DNA of 51,615 bases from Archangiaceae bacterium (GTDB lineage Bacteria; Myxococcota; Myxococcia; Myxococcales; Myxococcaceae). The stretch is from the NCBI GenBank assembly GCA_043750125.1, contig JAYVCD010000031.1, positions 1 through 51,615 of the forward strand, given 5' to 3'. The notes under the pieces were generated by a model that saw only the letters and a program-made list of their open reading frames with translations, searched no databases and was not told the DNA's origin. Every line of letters begins with the position of its first letter. The stretch's first letter is position 1. Shown piece after piece: positions 48,701-51,615 of the stretch. Made by a program: the position numbers and the translations under genes.

Positions 48701-50077
48701 GTCTTCGAATTTCAGGTCCGCGTAGGGCATCGCGCGCTTGAACAGCTCGAACAACTCGCGCTCGTCCCACTCTTGGGCGGCCACCTCGGCGACGATTTGC
48801 TGCGCGAGCACGTCGAGCGGCTGGGTCGGAATGCGGACCGCGTCGAGGCTGCCTTCGTGAATGGCGCGAATCAACGCGGCGCACTCGACCAGCTCGTCGC
48901 GGGTCATCGCAAACAACACTCCGCGCGAGATGGCCGACTTGCGATGCCCCGAACGCCCGAGCCGCTGCAACATCACCGAGATGGAACGCGGGCTGCCCAG
49001 CTGAACCACGAGGTCGATGCTGCCGATGTCGAGGCCCAGCTCGAGCGAGGCGGTGGCGACCATCACCTTCAGCGTTCCGGACTTCAGCCGTTCTTCGGCC
49101 GACAGCCGCAGCTCGCGCGCCATGCTTCCGTGATGGGACGCGACTTTCTCTTCGCCCATGCGCTTGCCCAGGTCGTGCGCCACCCGCTCGGCAAGCTTTC
49201 GGGTGTTGGTGAAGACCAACATCGTCCGGTTCTCGAGGGAAAGCGCGACCAGGCGGTCGTAGACCTGTCCCCACATCTCGTGGGTGGCGACCGCGGTCAG
49301 CTCGTCCTCGGGCGTCTCGAGCGTCAGTTCCCAGGGGCGCAGGTGACCGATCTGCACGACCTGGCAGTCGGGGGCCGCGACTCCGGTGAGAAACTTCGCC
49401 AGCAGGTGCAGCGGCTTTTGCGTCGCCGACAGTCCAATCAGCTGGGGGCGCACCGCGGTGATGGCCTTCAGCCGTTCCATCGAGAGCGCGAAGTGCGAGC
49501 CGCGCTTGTCCCGGGCCAGGGCGTGGATCTCATCGACCACCACGGTGTGCACGGTCTTCAGCGTCGCCCGCGACCGCTCGGACGTGAGGTAGAGGTACAG
49601 CGACTCAGGAGTGGTGATCAGAATGTGCGGCGGCCGTTTGACCATCGCGGCCCGCTGGGCAGGCGAGGTGTCCCCGGTGCGGACCATCACCCGGACGTCG
49701 GGCAGCCTGGCTCCTTGCGCCTCGGCTCGGCGCTTGAGCTCTTCGAGTGGCTGGAGCAGGTTCTTCTGAACGTCGTTTCCCAGTGCCTTGAGCGGAGAGA
49801 TGTAGAGCACCCGGGTCTCGTCGGGCAGCTGCCCTTTCTTGGCGAGGCGGAACAGCTCATCGAGGCAGGCGAGGAACGCGGCGAGCGTCTTGCCCGAGCC
49901 GGTCGGGGCGGCGATCAGCACGTCCCTGCCGGAACGGATGACGGGCCAGCCCTGCACTTGAGGCTCGCTGGGCTCGCCCAGAGTCTCTTCGAACCAGCGG
50001 CGAACCACCGGGTGAAAAGCAGAGAGCGCGGCGTGGGACGGTGCCGAGCCGGAAATCAAATCGAGGGCGTTCTGCAT
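45779..50077 (-). CDS. lhr: Lhr-family ATP-dependent helicase (long form with C-terminal winged-helix/HTH_42-like region)
   Basis: APTGSGKT, SPLKAL, RTGDT, TTPESL, VDEIHAL, GLSAT, HHGS, ATASLELGLDIG, QRLGRSGH, RGGRFLNGFAGEQFAL, SAVDPLN. Confidence 0.93.
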   Translation of the reverse strand: MQNALDLISGSAPSHAALSAFHPVVRRWFEETLGEPSEPQVQGWPVIRSGRDVLIAAPTGSGKTLAAFLACLDELFRLAKKGQLPDETRVLYISPLKALGNDVQKNLLQPLEELKRRAEAQGARLPDVRVMVRTGDTSPAQRAAMVKRPPHILITTPESLYLYLTSERSRATLKTVHTVVVDEIHALARDKRGSHFALSMERLKAITAVRPQLIGLSATQKPLHLLAKFLTGVAAPDCQVVQIGHLRPWELTLETPEDELTAVATHEMWGQVYDRLVALSLENRTMLVFTNTRKLAERVAHDLGKRMGEEKVASHHGSMARELRLSAEERLKSGTLKVMVATASLELGLDIGSIDLVVQLGSPRSISVMLQRLGRSGHRKSAISRGVLFAMTRDELVECAALIRAIHEGSLDAVRIPTQPLDVLAQQIVAEVAAQEWDERELFELFKRAMPYADLKFEDYEKVLHLLSEGVSTSRGRSRVHLHRDRVNGFLRPRKGARLAAVQNGGAIPDTFSYQVIAEPDEKQVGTLDEDFAVESSAGDVFVLGSTSWRIRRIFDGAVRVENAHGQPPNVPFWRGEAPARTDELSAEVARLRKDVVEKEDAHAWLEGTLKLPAYAAGLLVRYLRAGAAALGGVPTLDTLYAERFFDDAGGMQLIIHSPFGGRINRAWGLALRKSFCRAFDFELQAAATDDGLILSLGEQHSFPLADIFDFVHPNTCEQVLTQAVLQAPIFGTRFRWTSSRALALSRMSSGKRVPPPIQRARSEDLMASVFPEQVGCADNHAGKEIEPPDHPLVNETLKDCLRDAMDVDGLKAVLTAMKEGKISKVAVDLPEPSVFAHAMLNSAPYTYLDEAPLEERRARAVSVRRTLPPADAANLGALDAAAISQTIADARPDLREPEELHDALLQLGFLPLDVPEAVMPLVRADWLAGLIEDRRAAVTQVNGRTLAYAAERVPLMRALFPSAELTLVALPGDGPVEEELAARSVVRGWMEILGPTTALEVAGLLGLSPGTTEVGLAKLEQVGQVLQGRFHPGRPVGAPVEWCDRRLLQRIHRMTLGRLRREIEPLSAQDFMRFLFRWHHIGSESQLRGTMGVLKVVSLLQGYEAPAAAWELELIPTRMKQYVGEWLEQLSWNGEIAWGRLTMKDTRPVVGPRRGDGNVPPPAPPEPAKRTPVAGRNASLTFVRRSELEWLLQAARPRALLADGPRGLPEELSPIARDIAQALERRGASFFSELQSSSRRLPSEVEDALWELLARGLVTADAVQNLRVLQSPKLRRRQRALQRGGPGRWSLLAPTEPIDEAERMEKLARLFLQRYGIVFRDLVARENLAPPWRELLPLYRRLEGRGEIRGGRFLNGFAGEQFALPEAVEAARATRRAPFTGHVVHLSAVDPLNLTGVVTPGPRVSAVMGRYVTYVDGIPLASVADDASIAV

Positions 50078-50163
50078 GGCCTACTTAACTGAACAGAGGG
50101 GCAGGTGGAGATCAATCCCGAGCGGCGGCAGCCGGCGCGCATTTCTGGTACTCAGTTCGCCTC

Positions 50164-50838
50164 ATGACCCCGAACCGTCGGCGCTATACGCGGGTCCCCA
50201 CCCGGCAGATGCGCAGCCTTTTCCGCGCGCACGGCCTCGGGCCGGCCAATGGGTGGGTGGTCGACATCTCGCTGGGCGGTGTCTTTCTTCGCACCTCGTG
50301 GCCCCTGCCGGTGGGCGAGCGACTGGCGATCGAGCTGCCGCGGGGCGAGGCGATTCCGGTCTGTGTGCAGGGGCGGGTCGTCAGCAGCACCCCCGCGGGG
50401 ACCCGGGCGGCGCGCTCGGGAATGGGAGTGCGCTTCGATGCCCTCGACCCGATGACCCTCAACGATCTGCGCGAGCTGGTGGGCTGCCTGGCTCCGGCCG
50501 GGACCCACCTCGAGGTTCGGGCCGAAGACGTCGAAGTGACTGCGGTGGCCAAAGCGGCGGCGTCCGTTCCCGAGCCCAGGGGACCGCTGCCGAAGTTGAC
50601 CGCGGCCCAGCCGATTCCGATTCCCGCCAGCGTCCCTTCCGCGCCTCGCGCCCAGCTTCACGCCCTGACCACCGCGGGCGAAAACGAGCGGCTGCGCAAT
50701 CACGCCAAAGGTCTGCTGATGCAGGTCGGAGATCTTCAGATGGAAATTTCTGCCCGAGACCGGGAAGTCGCCACCCTTCGAGAAGCGGTGGCGCGCCTGC
50801 AGGCCTCAAATGCCCAGCTGCTGCGAAACCCGCGCTGA
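50164..50838 (+). CDS. PilZ-domain protein with a C-terminal coiled coil
   Basis: RRYTR (RxxxR), DISLGG (DxSxxG), GMGVRF; heptad tail. Confidence 0.85.
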   Translation: MTPNRRRYTRVPTRQMRSLFRAHGLGPANGWVVDISLGGVFLRTSWPLPVGERLAIELPRGEAIPVCVQGRVVSSTPAGTRAARSGMGVRFDALDPMTLNDLRELVGCLAPAGTHLEVRAEDVEVTAVAKAAASVPEPRGPLPKLTAAQPIPIPASVPSAPRAQLHALTTAGENERLRNHAKGLLMQVGDLQMEISARDREVATLREAVARLQASNAQLLRNPR

Positions 50839-50840
50839 AG

Positions 50841-51242
50841 TTATTTTACCGCGGTCATGTCGACGGCGTTCCCTTCGGCCTTCCAGCCTTTCATTCCGTC
50901 TTTCATCGCTGCCACATCGGTATGCCCTGCTTCAGCCGCGCGACCCGCGGCAGTGTGTGAGGCCGTTCAGGTTCTGCTCGTGCAGTAGAAGACCAGAGGC
51001 CGGTTCTTGTCGGACGGCAGCTGCTTCAAGTCGTACTCGCTCGACGAGGTGAGCAGCACCGCGCCGGGAACCACTCCTGCCGTCTTGCGGTACTCGTCGT
51101 CGTTGGCGTCGACCGGGGTGGCACTGCCGGCTTTCACCAGGGCCGCGACCTCCGCGACCGTCGCTTCCTTCACGTTCGGGTTGTGTTTGGTGCAGCCCGC
51201 CAAAAACAGGCCCGCTGCAAGGGTGATCCATAGATTTCTCAT
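50841..51242 (-). CDS. Rhodanese-domain lipoprotein, probable selenoprotein (Sec92 at TGA 50967-50969)
   Basis: Lipobox LAGC; VDAN...VPGA...LVFYCTSRT-TGA-TASHTAAGRAAEAGHTDVAAMKDGMKGWKAEG...TAA (50841). The rhodanese fold is complete only on read-through. Confidence 0.85.
50935..50951 (-). promoter_or_regulatory. Bacterial SECIS-like hairpin
   Basis: GCCGCG-GGTCG-CGCGGC begins 15 nt after the TGA; apical loop starts with GGU. Confidence 0.7.
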
Positions 51243-51283
51243 GGTTCAAAAACCTTAGCCTGCGCATGGTAACGATGCTGCAA

Positions 51284-51615
51284 ATGCGACGGGGGCTGAC
51301 ACTTCTTTTCATTCTGGCGCTCAGCGGATGCATGACCCGGTACCGCAAAGCCAACGAGCTGGCGAAGAGCGGAAAGTTCGTCGAAGCAGCAGAGCTGTTC
51401 GACCAGCTGGCCAAAGAGAACCCCACCGACCCCGAGCTGCCCGGGCTGGTCGAGACGGCGCATCAGCGCGCGGTGGACCAGGCGCTCGGCAATGCGCGGC
51501 GGCAACGGCTGGCCGGAGATCCACACAGCTCGCAACAGTGGTTCTCGCGGGGGCTCGAGCTTCGGGACCGCTGGAACCTCAAGCTCAATGGCGCGCTCGA
51601 GAGCACGGTCGACGA
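51284..51615 (+). CDS. TPR-like lipoprotein, 3'-partial (runs off the window)
   Basis: MRRGLTLLFILALSGC lipobox; YRKANELAKSGKFVEAAELFDQLAKENP TPR pattern; open to the window end. Confidence 0.7.
   Translation, partial: MRRGLTLLFILALSGCMTRYRKANELAKSGKFVEAAELFDQLAKENPTDPELPGLVETAHQRAVDQALGNARRQRLAGDPHSSQQWFSRGLELRDRWNLKLNGALESTVD

Noticed and set aside
47372-50092. Long antisense ORFs (906 aa here; also 9346-11160, 16477-18603, 12510-13847)
   Set aside because: Shadow frames of high-GC genes on the opposite strand, with no recognisable motifs.

Overview
High-GC DNA that looks like a myxobacterium (Myxococcota, probably the Myxococcus/Cystobacter-type lineage). The evidence is MYXO-CTERM-type anchors, Cys-rich lipoproteins, a PilZ protein, sigma54 promoters and a Pxr-like sRNA. 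Intact conserved genes (aceK, selB, a NtrC/Nla-type activator, argE, hutF, OPT transporter, two PLP aminotransferases, xdhC, quinone reductase, lhr) alternate with accessory regions in which more than a dozen genes are internally deleted, frameshifted or fused into chimeras. Highlights: (1) a lipoprotein rhodanese with an in-frame TGA at a Cys-equivalent position, followed by a SECIS-like hairpin, i.e. a probable exported selenoprotein missed by the ORF track; (2) a complete Pxr-like sRNA locus with sigma54 promoter, IHF-like site and tandem palindromic enhancer sites; (3) two sigma54-driven surface units sharing upstream motifs, namely a CxxCH/Ig-stalk/MYXO-CTERM protein and a three-gene operon (CxxCH protein, six-Ig lipoprotein, Tat-exported DUF1501 protein); (4) a type IV (AbiE-like) TA pair with an operator-like inverted repeat, plus a destroyed RHH-MazF pair; (5) pervasive deletion scarring that spares core genes. 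All family assignments come from motif recognition by eye, not database searches.
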